Shown here: one piece after another, positions 8,967-18,237 of the stretch | Layout: each line of letters starts with the position of its first letter | Numbering within the stretch: position 1 is the stretch's first letter | Origin: Pseudomonadota bacterium | Lineage (GTDB): Bacteria > Bdellovibrionota_F > JAHFAK01 > JBDREC01 | Reading direction: 5' to 3' | Length of the DNA stretch: 64,000 bases | NCBI GenBank assembly: GCA_043820105.1 | Contig: JBDREC010000099.1 | Span: forward strand, 1 to 64,000 | Made by a program: the position numbers and the translations under genes | Notes under the pieces: model-generated | Told to the model about the DNA's origin: nothing | Databases searched by the model: none | What the model saw: only the letters and a program-made list of their open reading frames with translations

Positions 8967-9486
8967 TTTTTAAACCCTCTTTTATTTTTATAATAGCCCT
9001 GCTTATTATTTTTCTAATATTTTGTTCTTTTTTATTTAGCCTTGTACCTATGTCTGCAAAGCTTAAATCTTCATAATATCTTGAATTAATCGCATTTTTT
9101 TGTTCATCAGTTAAAGTCAATATCTGCTCCTCAATTTTTTCAATATCTATAACTTTATTTTCTTCGGGTGATAAAAGTCTTTCAACATTGGAGGAATGTT
9201 TTCTTAGCTTTTCCTTTCTATAATTGCTTACAAAAAGATTATGCGCAATTGTAAAAAACCAGGCTTCAACGCGATATTTAGGATTATATATTCCTCTCTT
9301 CTTATGTATGATCTGAAAAAAGTCCTGCAGCAAATCTTCAGCTGTGTTTTTATTACCAGTTTTATTTATAAAATAAGCAAAAATTTTACCCTTAAACCGC
9401 TTGTAAAGAAGTTCAAATGCCTTGTAATTGCTGCTTCTGTATAAGAGCATCAATTCCTTATTGTTTAAACTATTTAGGTTTCTCAT
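8953..9486 (-). CDS. ECF RNA polymerase sigma factor
   Basis: 177 aa; region 2 (AFELLY...AEDLLQDFF...AWFFTIAHN) and region 4 (LTDEQK...YYEDLSFADIG...IISRA). Confidence 0.9.
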   Translation of the reverse strand: MRNLNSLNNKELMLLYRSSNYKAFELLYKRFKGKIFAYFINKTGNKNTAEDLLQDFFQIIHKKRGIYNPKYRVEAWFFTIAHNLFVSNYRKEKLRKHSSNVERLLSPEENKVIDIEKIEEQILTLTDEQKNAINSRYYEDLSFADIGTRLNKKEQNIRKIISRAIIKIKEGLKNEIR

Positions 9487-9493
9487 ATATATA

Positions 9494-9520
9494 TACGTTT
9501 GATTGATAAAATTTGTGACA
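9494..9520 (-). promoter_or_regulatory. ECF-type promoter TGTCACA-N16-CGTA (autoregulatory, probably leaderless)
   Basis: TGTCACA at 9520-9514, 16-nt spacer, CGTA at 9497-9494, ATG 7 nt further on with no RBS. Confidence 0.8.
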
Positions 9521-9551
9521 TTCTAAATGTTTTATTTTTAATTTTCAATGC

Positions 9552-10106
9552 TTATATGGTGTGCTCTATCAAAATCTTTAAGCCTATTGCAATTAATATT
9601 AATCCCCCAAATGTTTCGATGATTGTTTCATTGCAGATTCGTTTTATTTGTTTTCCTAAGTTTAAGCCAGTAATAGATAGGAAAAATGTAATTAAGCCAA
9701 TCATTAGTACTGGTAAAATTATATTAATATCTAGAATTGAAAATGTTATACCTATTACAAAGGCATCTATACTTGTGGCTATTGAAAGAGCAAGTATCAT
9801 GGTATTTGAGATTAGTGGACGACATTCATTTTTGACCTTCCTTGATTGATAAATCATTTTCGCCCCAACAGCAAAAAGCAAAAAAAAGGCAATCCAATGG
9901 TCAATAGAGCTAATATAGATTTTGAAACTAATACCTAAGAGCCATCCAAGAACAGGCATAAATGCTTGGAAAAATGCAAAAGAAAAGGCGATTTTTAAAA
10001 TAGTTTTTCTATTAATTTTCGAATAATAAATTGAGCTGCAAATTGATACAGCAAAGCAATCAAGAGCTAGGGCTATCGAAATGATAATTATTGTGATGAA
10101 TTCCAT
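9552..10106 (-). CDS. mntP: Manganese efflux pump MntP family
   Basis: ALALDCFAVS, FQAFMPVLGW, IDHWIAF, ATSIDAF motifs. Confidence 0.9.
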   Translation of the reverse strand: MEFITIIIISIALALDCFAVSICSSIYYSKINRKTILKIAFSFAFFQAFMPVLGWLLGISFKIYISSIDHWIAFFLLFAVGAKMIYQSRKVKNECRPLISNTMILALSIATSIDAFVIGITFSILDINIILPVLMIGLITFFLSITGLNLGKQIKRICNETIIETFGGLILIAIGLKILIEHTI

Positions 10107-11276
10107 TTAATTAAATTGATTCTTTGTTCGTTTGCAAATTCCAACAAGCATCAGCATTACTGGAACTTCAATTAATACACCAACAACCGTAGCCAGGGCT
10201 GCTCCAGATGAAAGTCCAAAGATCATGGTTGCTGTTGCTATGGCTACTTCAAAGTGATTGCTTGCTCCAATCATTGCAGTGGGAGCTGCGTCTTCATATT
10301 TAAGTTTCGCTATTTTGGCGAACCAATAGGTTATGACAAATATAAAAATTGTCTGAATAAATAATGGAATTGCAATCCAAAGAATTGTTAGTGGCTTTGT
10401 TGTAATAACCTCACCCTTGAATGAAAAAAGTAGAATTAAGGTAAGTAATAAAGAAAAAATTGAAATTGGAGTGAGTTTATTAATGAATTTATTTAAAAAC
10501 CAAGCCTCTCCTTTTATTTTAATAATTAATTTTCTGGAAAAGTATCCAGCAAGAAGTGGGAGAGCTACATAAATGCTAATTGAAAGAAAAAGCGCTTGCC
10601 ATGGAACGGGTAATCTGCCAACCCCTAGTAAAAAGCCACCCAATGGACCATATAAAAAAAGCATTATTAAAGAATTGATCGCTACCATAACAAGAGTATG
10701 AGCATCATTTCCTTTTGCCAGGTATCCCCATACTAAGACCATGGCTGTGCAAGGGGCTATACCAAGTAATATGCATCCAGCTAAATAACTTCTCCATAAG
10801 GGGATTTGTAAAAGTTTCACACCATTTTGCATGATTACAGTACCAGCACCATGGGTGGAACCTACAATCCAGTCAGCTCCCAGGGGAAGTCTTACAAAGT
10901 CAAAAGCATCGGCTCCAATAAAGTTTTTAAAAAAGATTCCCAGGAAAATATAAGAAATTGCGTACATTGTAAAAGGCTTTATTAACCAATTTACTACAAG
11001 TGTAATTGATACTGGTTTAAAAGATTTGCCAGCTTTAATAACATTGTCAAAGTCAATTTTTACCATGATTGGATACATCATGAAAAACAAACAAATTGCT
11101 ATTGGTATTGAAATTATAGGTGTATTATTTGTTGAAATAGCTAAACCATCCAAACAATATGCAAAGTTTGGAGCTAATTTCCCAAGTAAAATTCCAAAAA
11201 AAATACAAATTATTACCCAAAGACTTAAATATTTTTCAAAAAAACCTAGCTTGCTTTTATTTAAAGATTCTGACAT
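10107..11276 (-). CDS. acr3: Arsenite efflux transporter, ACR3 family
   Basis: [53 protein letters not shown]. Confidence 0.95.
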   Translation of the reverse strand: MSESLNKSKLGFFEKYLSLWVIICIFFGILLGKLAPNFAYCLDGLAISTNNTPIISIPIAICLFFMMYPIMVKIDFDNVIKAGKSFKPVSITLVVNWLIKPFTMYAISYIFLGIFFKNFIGADAFDFVRLPLGADWIVGSTHGAGTVIMQNGVKLLQIPLWRSYLAGCILLGIAPCTAMVLVWGYLAKGNDAHTLVMVAINSLIMLFLYGPLGGFLLGVGRLPVPWQALFLSISIYVALPLLAGYFSRKLIIKIKGEAWFLNKFINKLTPISIFSLLLTLILLFSFKGEVITTKPLTILWIAIPLFIQTIFIFVITYWFAKIAKLKYEDAAPTAMIGASNHFEVAIATATMIFGLSSGAALATVVGVLIEVPVMLMLVGICKRTKNQFN

Positions 11277-11371
11277 TTTTTTTCCTTATATATTGGTTTT
11301 TAGAAATTACTTATTTATTAATGGTTTTATATTTTGAAAAGTTTAATTCTTCAATGGAAAAGTTTTATTAG

Positions 11372-11965
11372 TTATTCTTTTTTTGCATCATAAACCAAGG
11401 TTCCACATTTTGGCATTTTTTTAGGATAATAAGGGTTCTTAACTTCCTTGCCCTTATCTATCCATGGCATTTTCGCCATAGTACAGTAGAAACCATTAAA
11501 TTCTTTACTAACTTCATATTTCATTAGAACTTGAATAAGTTTTTGATTAGCTTTTCCAAAATGTTCTAATTTTGAGGAGTGCAGTTTGGAGTTATTTAGG
11601 GCTTTAAGATCTTTTTCAATGTTTAATAAAAGCTCAGTTAGTTTTTCATGAGACTTGTTTAATAATTTTTTAGTAGTGTTAATTTTATTTAATATAATAT
11701 TAACTTGAACAGAAAGAGGCTCTAGTTTTTCATTAAAAAGAATATCATGCAGTATCTTGTCTTCTGTTATTACTGTTTCTAGACTTTTAAGGATTGTCTC
11801 ATCAAGTTTTATTCTATCTTTATTCATTTCAGAATGGTTTTCATTAGCTTTCATGTTTGAATGATCATGCATCTTTTCTTCTGAAAAAGATGGGATTGAA
11901 AAAAGTAAAATAGAAAATATCATTAGTGTGATTCTTATAAATAGTGTATTAAATTTATTTTTCAT
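11372..11965 (-). CDS. Periplasmic DUF3347-like metal-binding protein
   Basis: Signal peptide, His/Met-rich N-terminus, C-terminal YCTMAKMPW...NPYY...MPKCG. Confidence 0.75.
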   Translation of the reverse strand: MKNKFNTLFIRITLMIFSILLFSIPSFSEEKMHDHSNMKANENHSEMNKDRIKLDETILKSLETVITEDKILHDILFNEKLEPLSVQVNIILNKINTTKKLLNKSHEKLTELLLNIEKDLKALNNSKLHSSKLEHFGKANQKLIQVLMKYEVSKEFNGFYCTMAKMPWIDKGKEVKNPYYPKKMPKCGTLVYDAKKE

Positions 11966-11993
11966 GCTAATCTCCTCTTTTTTATATTTAAAA

Positions 11994-14900
11994 TTAATTG
12001 AAATCTTTTCTATGTTTAAAATTTTTCCAGAGCAAGTATATTGCTGGAATAATTATTAGTGTTAAAATGGTTGAGGATATAAGACCTCCAACCATTGGAG
12101 CTGCGATTCTTTTCATAACCCTTGTGCCTGTTTCAGTTCCAAACATGATTGGTAAAAGTCCAATTAAAGTAGTTGCAACAGTCATTATCTTGGGTCTTAC
12201 TCTGTCAACTGCACCTTCTGTTATAATCGTTTTTAAATCGCTAAGATTTTTTAGTTTTCCTTGGCTAAGCCACCTATTATAAACTTCATCTAGATAGACA
12301 AGCATTACAACCCCTGTTTCAGCAGCTAGGCCTGCTAAGGCAATAAATCCAACAGCAACAGCTACTGATAAATTGTAATTTGAAAAATACATGAGCCATA
12401 TGCCTCCAACTAAGGCAAATGGCAAAGTTCCCATTACAATTATGCTTTCAGTAACACTTTTAAAGTGTATAAATAGTATAAGGAAAATAATTATTAATGT
12501 TAAAGGCACAATTACTTGAAGCTTTTTGTTGGCTCTTTCCATGTATTCATATTGGCCTGACCAAACAATTGAAATTCCACTTGGAACATCTATTTCAGCA
12601 GACACGATTGCTTTTGCTTTTTTAACATATCCACCGATATCTGAGGATTTTAAATCAACATATATCCAGGCAGTTTGTTTGGAATTTTCACTTTTAATAG
12701 CAGGCGGTCCTTTCACAATTTTAATATCAGCTACATTAGAAAGTGGAACAGCATGACCCATGGGAGTTTGGACAGCTAAATCTTTTAGCTTATCTATATT
12801 ATTTCGAAGTTCTCTTGGGTATCTAACATTAATTGGATACCTTTCAAGTCCTTCAATTGTATAGCTTATATTCATGCCTCCGATTGCGCTTTTAATTACA
12901 TTTTGCACATCATCAATTGTAAGACCAAACCGCGCTGCATTCTCCCTGTTTATGTCTATATCTATATAATTTCCTCCAACTACACGTTCTGAGTATACTG
13001 ATAATGTTTCAGGAAGTTTTCTAAGTGTTGCTTCAATCTTTTTACCTAATTCAGATAACTTTTCTAAATCTGCACCCAATAATTTGATTCCAACTGGTGT
13101 TTTAATACCTGTGGCAAGCATATCAATTCTTGTTTTTATTGGCATTGTCCAGGCATTCGTTAGCCCTGGGAGCTGCACCATTGAATCAAGTTCTTTAATT
13201 ATATCTTCAATAGTTTTATTTTTTGGCCATGTCTTTTGATCTGTTAAAATAATATGTGTTTCAATCATTGAAAGTGGAGCAGGGTCAGTTGCAGTTTCAG
13301 CTCGTCCTATTTTACCTAAAACATGTTTAACCTGAGGATGGGTTTTTATAATCTTATCTGTTTGCTGCAAAAGTTCTTTTGCTTTTGTTATACTGATTCC
13401 TGGAGGAGTTGTTGGCATGTAAAGAAGATCTCCCTCATTTAAAGGAGGCATAAATTCTGATCCTAGTTTATTAAATGGTAAAATTGTAATTAGTAATATT
13501 CCTAGAGCAATAAGTATTGTTGATTTTGGAAAACGTAGAACAGCAGCAATTATTGGTTTATAAATTTTTATAAATAATTTGCTAATTGGATTTTTGCTTT
13601 CTTTTAATATTTTACCTCTTACAAAATAAAACATTAAAACAGGAATTATTGTTATGGCTAAAAGTGCCGAAGATGCCATAGCGAAAGTTTTAGTAAAAGC
13701 AAGTGGTGTAAAAAGTCTACCCTCTTGTTGCTCTAAAGAAAATACTGGTAAAAAGCTTATTGTGATTATTATAAGTGAGAAAAATAGGGCCGGACCAACT
13801 TCTTTTGCTGCTTTTTTTACAACTTCTTCTTGTGATAAGCCGACATCTCGTTCTATATGCTTATGCAGATTTTCAACCATAACAACAGAAGCATCAACCA
13901 TTACTCCAATTGCAATTGCAATTCCTCCAAGAGACATAATGTTTGCATTAATTCCAAACAATCTCATTAAAATGAAACTTATTAAAACACCAACAGGAAG
14001 CGTGATAATGGCAACAAAAGCTGAGCGTAGATGGAGTAAAAATAAAATGATAATTAGTGCAACAACTATTATTTCCTCAGTTAATTTTGTTTTTAATGTG
14101 TTTATAGCATCTTTAATTAATTCAGATCTGTCATAAGATGTTTGAATTTGAACTCCATCAGGTAGGCTTTTCTTTAAATCCTCGAGTTTTTCCTTTACAC
14201 GCTCAATTACCTTAAGAGCATTTTCTCCATATCTAATTAGAACAATACCTGATACAACTTCACCTTCTCCGTCAGCTTCCATTATTCCTCGTCTAATTTC
14301 AGGACCTATTCCAATATTTGCAACTTGTTTTAACAATATTGGAACATGATTATCTTTATCCATTCCTATTGGAATATTTTCTAAGTCTTTGATGTTCGTA
14401 ATATAACCCTTTCCTCTTACCATGAACTCGGTTTCACCCATTTCAATTAGCTTTCCACCAACGTCAATATTTGATTTTTTTATAGCCATATTCACTGTTT
14501 CAAGGCTTATATTGTAAGCTCTTAATTTTTCAGGATCTACCTCAACTTGATATTGCTTTACAAATCCGCCAGCTGAGGCCACCTCTGAAACACCTTCAAG
14601 GCTCATAAGTTCATATTTCAAAAACCAATCTTGAATTGATCTAAGTTGACCTAAGTCATGCTTATCTGATTTTAAGGAATAAAGATAAACCCAACCAACT
14701 CCTGTTGCATCAGGACCAAGTTGAGGATTTACATTTTGTGGAAGTCTTCCTGAGACGAAGTTTAAATATTCTAAGACACGGGATCTTGCCCAATAAAGAT
14801 CTGTTCCATCTTCAAAAATTACATAAACCATAGAAAAACCGAAAAACGAATAGCCTCTAACGGTTTTTGCATAAGGAACTGATAACATAGCGGTTGTGAG

Positions 14901-15104
14901 GGGATATGTAACCTGATCTTCAACAACCTGAGGAGCTTGTCCAGAATATTCGGTATAAACAATGACCTGCACATCTGATAAATCAGGAATTGCGTCAATT
15001 GGAGTATTAATGACAGACCAAATTCCAATAGCTATAATGACAAAAGAAATTATTAGAATTAAAAATCTATTTTCTATACTTTTATCAATAATCCAATTTA
15101 TCAT
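11994..15104 (-). CDS. cusA: Cu/Ag RND efflux permease CusA
   Basis: DAIPDLSDVQVI, GPDATGVGW, GSEFMPPLNEGDLLYMP, APLSMIET, IDMLATG. Confidence 0.95.
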   Translation of the reverse strand: MINWIIDKSIENRFLILIISFVIIAIGIWSVINTPIDAIPDLSDVQVIVYTEYSGQAPQVVEDQVTYPLTTAMLSVPYAKTVRGYSFFGFSMVYVIFEDGTDLYWARSRVLEYLNFVSGRLPQNVNPQLGPDATGVGWVYLYSLKSDKHDLGQLRSIQDWFLKYELMSLEGVSEVASAGGFVKQYQVEVDPEKLRAYNISLETVNMAIKKSNIDVGGKLIEMGETEFMVRGKGYITNIKDLENIPIGMDKDNHVPILLKQVANIGIGPEIRRGIMEADGEGEVVSGIVLIRYGENALKVIERVKEKLEDLKKSLPDGVQIQTSYDRSELIKDAINTLKTKLTEEIIVVALIIILFLLHLRSAFVAIITLPVGVLISFILMRLFGINANIMSLGGIAIAIGVMVDASVVMVENLHKHIERDVGLSQEEVVKKAAKEVGPALFFSLIIITISFLPVFSLEQQEGRLFTPLAFTKTFAMASSALLAITIIPVLMFYFVRGKILKESKNPISKLFIKIYKPIIAAVLRFPKSTILIALGILLITILPFNKLGSEFMPPLNEGDLLYMPTTPPGISITKAKELLQQTDKIIKTHPQVKHVLGKIGRAETATDPAPLSMIETHIILTDQKTWPKNKTIEDIIKELDSMVQLPGLTNAWTMPIKTRIDMLATGIKTPVGIKLLGADLEKLSELGKKIEATLRKLPETLSVYSERVVGGNYIDIDINRENAARFGLTIDDVQNVIKSAIGGMNISYTIEGLERYPINVRYPRELRNNIDKLKDLAVQTPMGHAVPLSNVADIKIVKGPPAIKSENSKQTAWIYVDLKSSDIGGYVKKAKAIVSAEIDVPSGISIVWSGQYEYMERANKKLQVIVPLTLIIIFLILFIHFKSVTESIIVMGTLPFALVGGIWLMYFSNYNLSVAVAVGFIALAGLAAETGVVMLVYLDEVYNRWLSQGKLKNLSDLKTIITEGAVDRVRPKIMTVATTLIGLLPIMFGTETGTRVMKRIAAPMVGGLISSTILTLIIIPAIYLLWKNFKHRKDFN

Positions 15105-16483
15105 TGTTTTTTCCTTTCTGATAAAAGTTTTGAAACTGCTTCCTGCAGTTGAGATTCAGAATCAAGAAGGAACTGACCAGATGTCACAATTATATCGCCT
15201 TCATGTAGGCCTTCTAAAATTTCAGTATTATTGTTTGCTGTTAATCCTGTGATGACCTCACTATAATTAAATTTACCCTCATTTTCAGATAAAAATACAA
15301 TTTGTCTTTCTCCAGTATTTATTATTGCCTCTGTTGGAATATATAAGACATTTTCCTTGTTGATTGCTTTAATCCTGACTGTTGCAAACATACCTGGTTT
15401 AAGTGCAATTCCAGTGTTTGGAAATTCTAGTCTTACTTTTACTGTTCTTGATTTCATGTTTAGAGTTGGATAAATGTAAGAAACTTTTCCTTCCCAAAAC
15501 TTTCCTTTTTGAAACGATAGTTCCATTGTAGCATTCTGTCCTAACTCAATCCAGGGGGCATCATGTTCATAGATATGAGTGTTAACCCAGATTTTTTTAA
15601 GGTTTCCTATTTTATATAAATCAGAACCAGCTTGTACTTTTGTTCCTTGGACTATATTTTTATGAAGAACATAGCCTGAGCTTGGGGCTTTGATTGTTAC
15701 AGTTCTAAAGGTTTGTTTTTTTGTTTCAATTTTTAGTAAAAAACTATCTGGAAGTTCCCAATAACGTAATCTTTTTTTTGATGCTTTATATAGTTCACTA
15801 TCTTTACCAGCGCTTTTTAATGCTAGTAAGTATTCTTCTTGGGCAGAAACAAGCTCAGGGGAATATATTTCAAATAATTGATCACCTTTGTTTACTTTTT
15901 GACCTGTTTCTTCCACATAAAGCTTTTCTATCCAACCTGAATATCTAAGATTTACAACAGATATTTCATCTTCTGCTACTTCAACTTCACCAATTGTACG
16001 AATATTTTTAGATAGATTTCCTTTTTTTACAAGGGTAGTTCTAATTCCCATGTTTTGCACAACTCGGGGATCAATTTTAATAATATTTGTATCATTTGTC
16101 CCGGCATTATTTTCATAAACTGGAACAAGATCCATTCCCATTGGAGACTTGCCTGGATTATCAGATATATATGTAGGATCCATTGGTGCTACCCAATGTT
16201 TAATCTTTTTTTCTTTTGCTTCCTCAGCACTTTTATTATTGTTTTTCATTGGAACTAAATCCATACCGCAAATTGGGCATGTGCCAGGTTCATTTTGAAC
16301 TACCTCTGGATGCATGCCGCAAGTATAAAGGGTTTCATGGTTGTGAATACTTGTTTCTTCGGTTGAAGTTCCATGATCTCTATGGTTTACAGTAGTTGTA
16401 TTAATAAAAAATAATTTAAAAATAAGCATTCCCAAAATAATACCAAAAATTAGTATTGAAAAATATTTTAAATTTAATTTCAT
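15101..16483 (-). CDS. cusB: CusB-family membrane fusion protein with heavy-metal binding domains
   Basis: YTCGMHP...CPICGMDL, WVAPMDP...GKSPMGMDLVP, YSPELVSAQEEYL, SGQFLLDSES. Confidence 0.92.
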   Translation of the reverse strand: MKLNLKYFSILIFGIILGMLIFKLFFINTTTVNHRDHGTSTEETSIHNHETLYTCGMHPEVVQNEPGTCPICGMDLVPMKNNNKSAEEAKEKKIKHWVAPMDPTYISDNPGKSPMGMDLVPVYENNAGTNDTNIIKIDPRVVQNMGIRTTLVKKGNLSKNIRTIGEVEVAEDEISVVNLRYSGWIEKLYVEETGQKVNKGDQLFEIYSPELVSAQEEYLLALKSAGKDSELYKASKKRLRYWELPDSFLLKIETKKQTFRTVTIKAPSSGYVLHKNIVQGTKVQAGSDLYKIGNLKKIWVNTHIYEHDAPWIELGQNATMELSFQKGKFWEGKVSYIYPTLNMKSRTVKVRLEFPNTGIALKPGMFATVRIKAINKENVLYIPTEAIINTGERQIVFLSENEGKFNYSEVITGLTANNNTEILEGLHEGDIIVTSGQFLLDSESQLQEAVSKLLSERKKQ

Positions 16484-16513
16484 TTTTTCACTCCTAGATA
16501 ATTTAATTTGATC

Positions 16514-16539
16514 GTTATCCTGAACTTTTTCCAGGATCT
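16514..16539. repeat. REP-like short palindrome
   Basis: gttATCCTGaactttttcCAGGATct between cusC and cusB. Confidence 0.45.
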
Positions 16540-16541
16540 AA

Positions 16542-17798
16542 TTACAAGCTTTTACCAATTATTGTTTCCACTTTTATTTTTTCTATTTTAGTGCCTATTT
16601 TTGAAACGATTAGTGTTTTTTCAAACTCGAGCAGCTGAAGTTGTGCCTCATATAGTGACGAAAAATCTGTAATATCAGATTTATAAGCAGATAAAGTAGT
16701 TTGATAAGATGTTTCAGATAAGACAATTAGTTTAGTTTCATAATTATTTGCTTTTTTGTAAGCCCTCATCCAATTTGCCATAGAATGATCGATTTTAGAT
16801 TTGATTTCATTTAAGGTGTCATTATATCTATTTTCAAAAGACAAGGCATTTTTTAATAACTCGTTTTTTTTATTTTTAAAACTTCCTGTATAATTAACAG
16901 GAATTGGCATTGATATCCCAAATGAAAGAAAATCACGTCCATTGTCCAGACCTGCTTCTTGTCTGATGCTATATCCTCCAAAAACACTCAGATCAGGCCA
17001 TCTTTCAAAATCAATCTGCTCTGCTTTTATTTTTTCCTTTTGGATTATTTCTTTTAAATATTTTAACAGATAATTTCCTTTTTCAGCTAATTCATATAAC
17101 TTTTCATTTGTGTAATTAATTTTATCTGCCATAAAAAAAGTAGGTGTTTTGATTTCAGTATTTAATTTCCAGTCCATTAGGAAGTTAATCTTGCTTAATT
17201 GTTTAATTTTATCTTTTTTAAAATCTCCTAAATCGTCTGTTAATTTTTCTTTTAATACTTCTAAGCTCAATAAATCTTGCTGCAAGGATTTTCCTGTTTG
17301 ATATTTAGATCTGACAGATAAAATAAGCCCATCTAATAATTTGAGATGTTTTTGGTAAATAATTTCCAGCTCTCGAATTAACATAAGTTTCCAGTAATTA
17401 GAAATTATCTCATATGCTAATTTTTGCTTTTCTTCCTCTAGGTAGTGTTTAGAAGCTTTTAGCTCACTGGATAAAATTGACACTCTTTTTGGATTCTTGC
17501 CTGGAAGCGGGAAAGTTTGTTTTAACATTATTTGAAGTGCAGACATCGCTGTTTCACCCATGGCCAGGGAATTATATGGGGTGTTTAAATAATTAACAGA
17601 TAAAACAGGATCACTCCAAATACTAGAGGCTTCTTTTGCATATTCTAAAGAATCGATTTTGTTGCTTATAGATTCTATGCCTGGATTTAACTTAATCGCC
17701 ATTTTAGCTAATTTATGAGGGTCATCTAATTCATTTCCCCAAACATTACTTATAAAAACCAAAAGAATAAGTAATACTGTTGCAGCTAATTTATTCAT
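16542..17798 (-). CDS. cusC: TolC-family outer membrane efflux protein (CusC-like)
   Basis: Signal peptide, DPVL...Q.FPLPGK, PDLSVF...GISMPIP, helical coiled coils; first gene of the cusBA operon. Confidence 0.8.
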   Translation of the reverse strand: MNKLAATVLLILLVFISNVWGNELDDPHKLAKMAIKLNPGIESISNKIDSLEYAKEASSIWSDPVLSVNYLNTPYNSLAMGETAMSALQIMLKQTFPLPGKNPKRVSILSSELKASKHYLEEEKQKLAYEIISNYWKLMLIRELEIIYQKHLKLLDGLILSVRSKYQTGKSLQQDLLSLEVLKEKLTDDLGDFKKDKIKQLSKINFLMDWKLNTEIKTPTFFMADKINYTNEKLYELAEKGNYLLKYLKEIIQKEKIKAEQIDFERWPDLSVFGGYSIRQEAGLDNGRDFLSFGISMPIPVNYTGSFKNKKNELLKNALSFENRYNDTLNEIKSKIDHSMANWMRAYKKANNYETKLIVLSETSYQTTLSAYKSDITDFSSLYEAQLQLLEFEKTLIVSKIGTKIEKIKVETIIGKSL

Positions 17799-17834
17799 AT
17801 TCTATATCCTTATTTTATAATCTTTTTATGTTAA

Positions 17835-17861
17835 TACGATGCTATGAAGTTTTTTGTGACA
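17835..17861 (-). promoter_or_regulatory. ECF-type promoter TGTCACA-N16-CGTA upstream of cusC
   Basis: TGTCACA at 17861-17855, 16-nt spacer, CGTA at 17838-17835; same motif as at 9494-9520. Confidence 0.8.
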
Positions 17862-18237
17862 AATCGAGTAAATAAAATACGCTTATCTGGCAAAAAGAAT
17901 TGAAATGGCCTATTTAATTCTTGTAATTTGATAAATCATAAATATATTTGATTTAATTATTAATTAGCGGAAAATAATTTATATGTATAAAATTCTAAGT
18001 ATAATAAATCTCGTAGCTTTTTTATTTGTTATTTCAACATTTCTTATTTTAATTTTTTCAGAAAGATCAAAGAAATTTGTTGATATGGCTGGAAAAAGTG
18101 CAATTGCTTTGATTGGAATGATTATGGTTTTTAGTACTATGATTTTTTTAGCGTACAAGTAATTTTGAATTTTAAATTTTGAATTATACTATTGAATCTT
18201 AATCCTAATTTTAATCTTTACTCTTAAAAAATTGAAC

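Noticed and set aside
9499-9849. 116-aa plus-strand ORF
   Set aside because: Antisense to mntP, no motif or RBS
10100-10200. yybP-ykoY manganese riboswitch before mntP
   Set aside because: No intergenic space; mntP abuts acr3
17870-18230. AT-rich 360-bp gap as possible small gene or ncRNA
   Set aside because: No convincing RBS/ORF or stable structure; only a short hexamer array near 18193-18225
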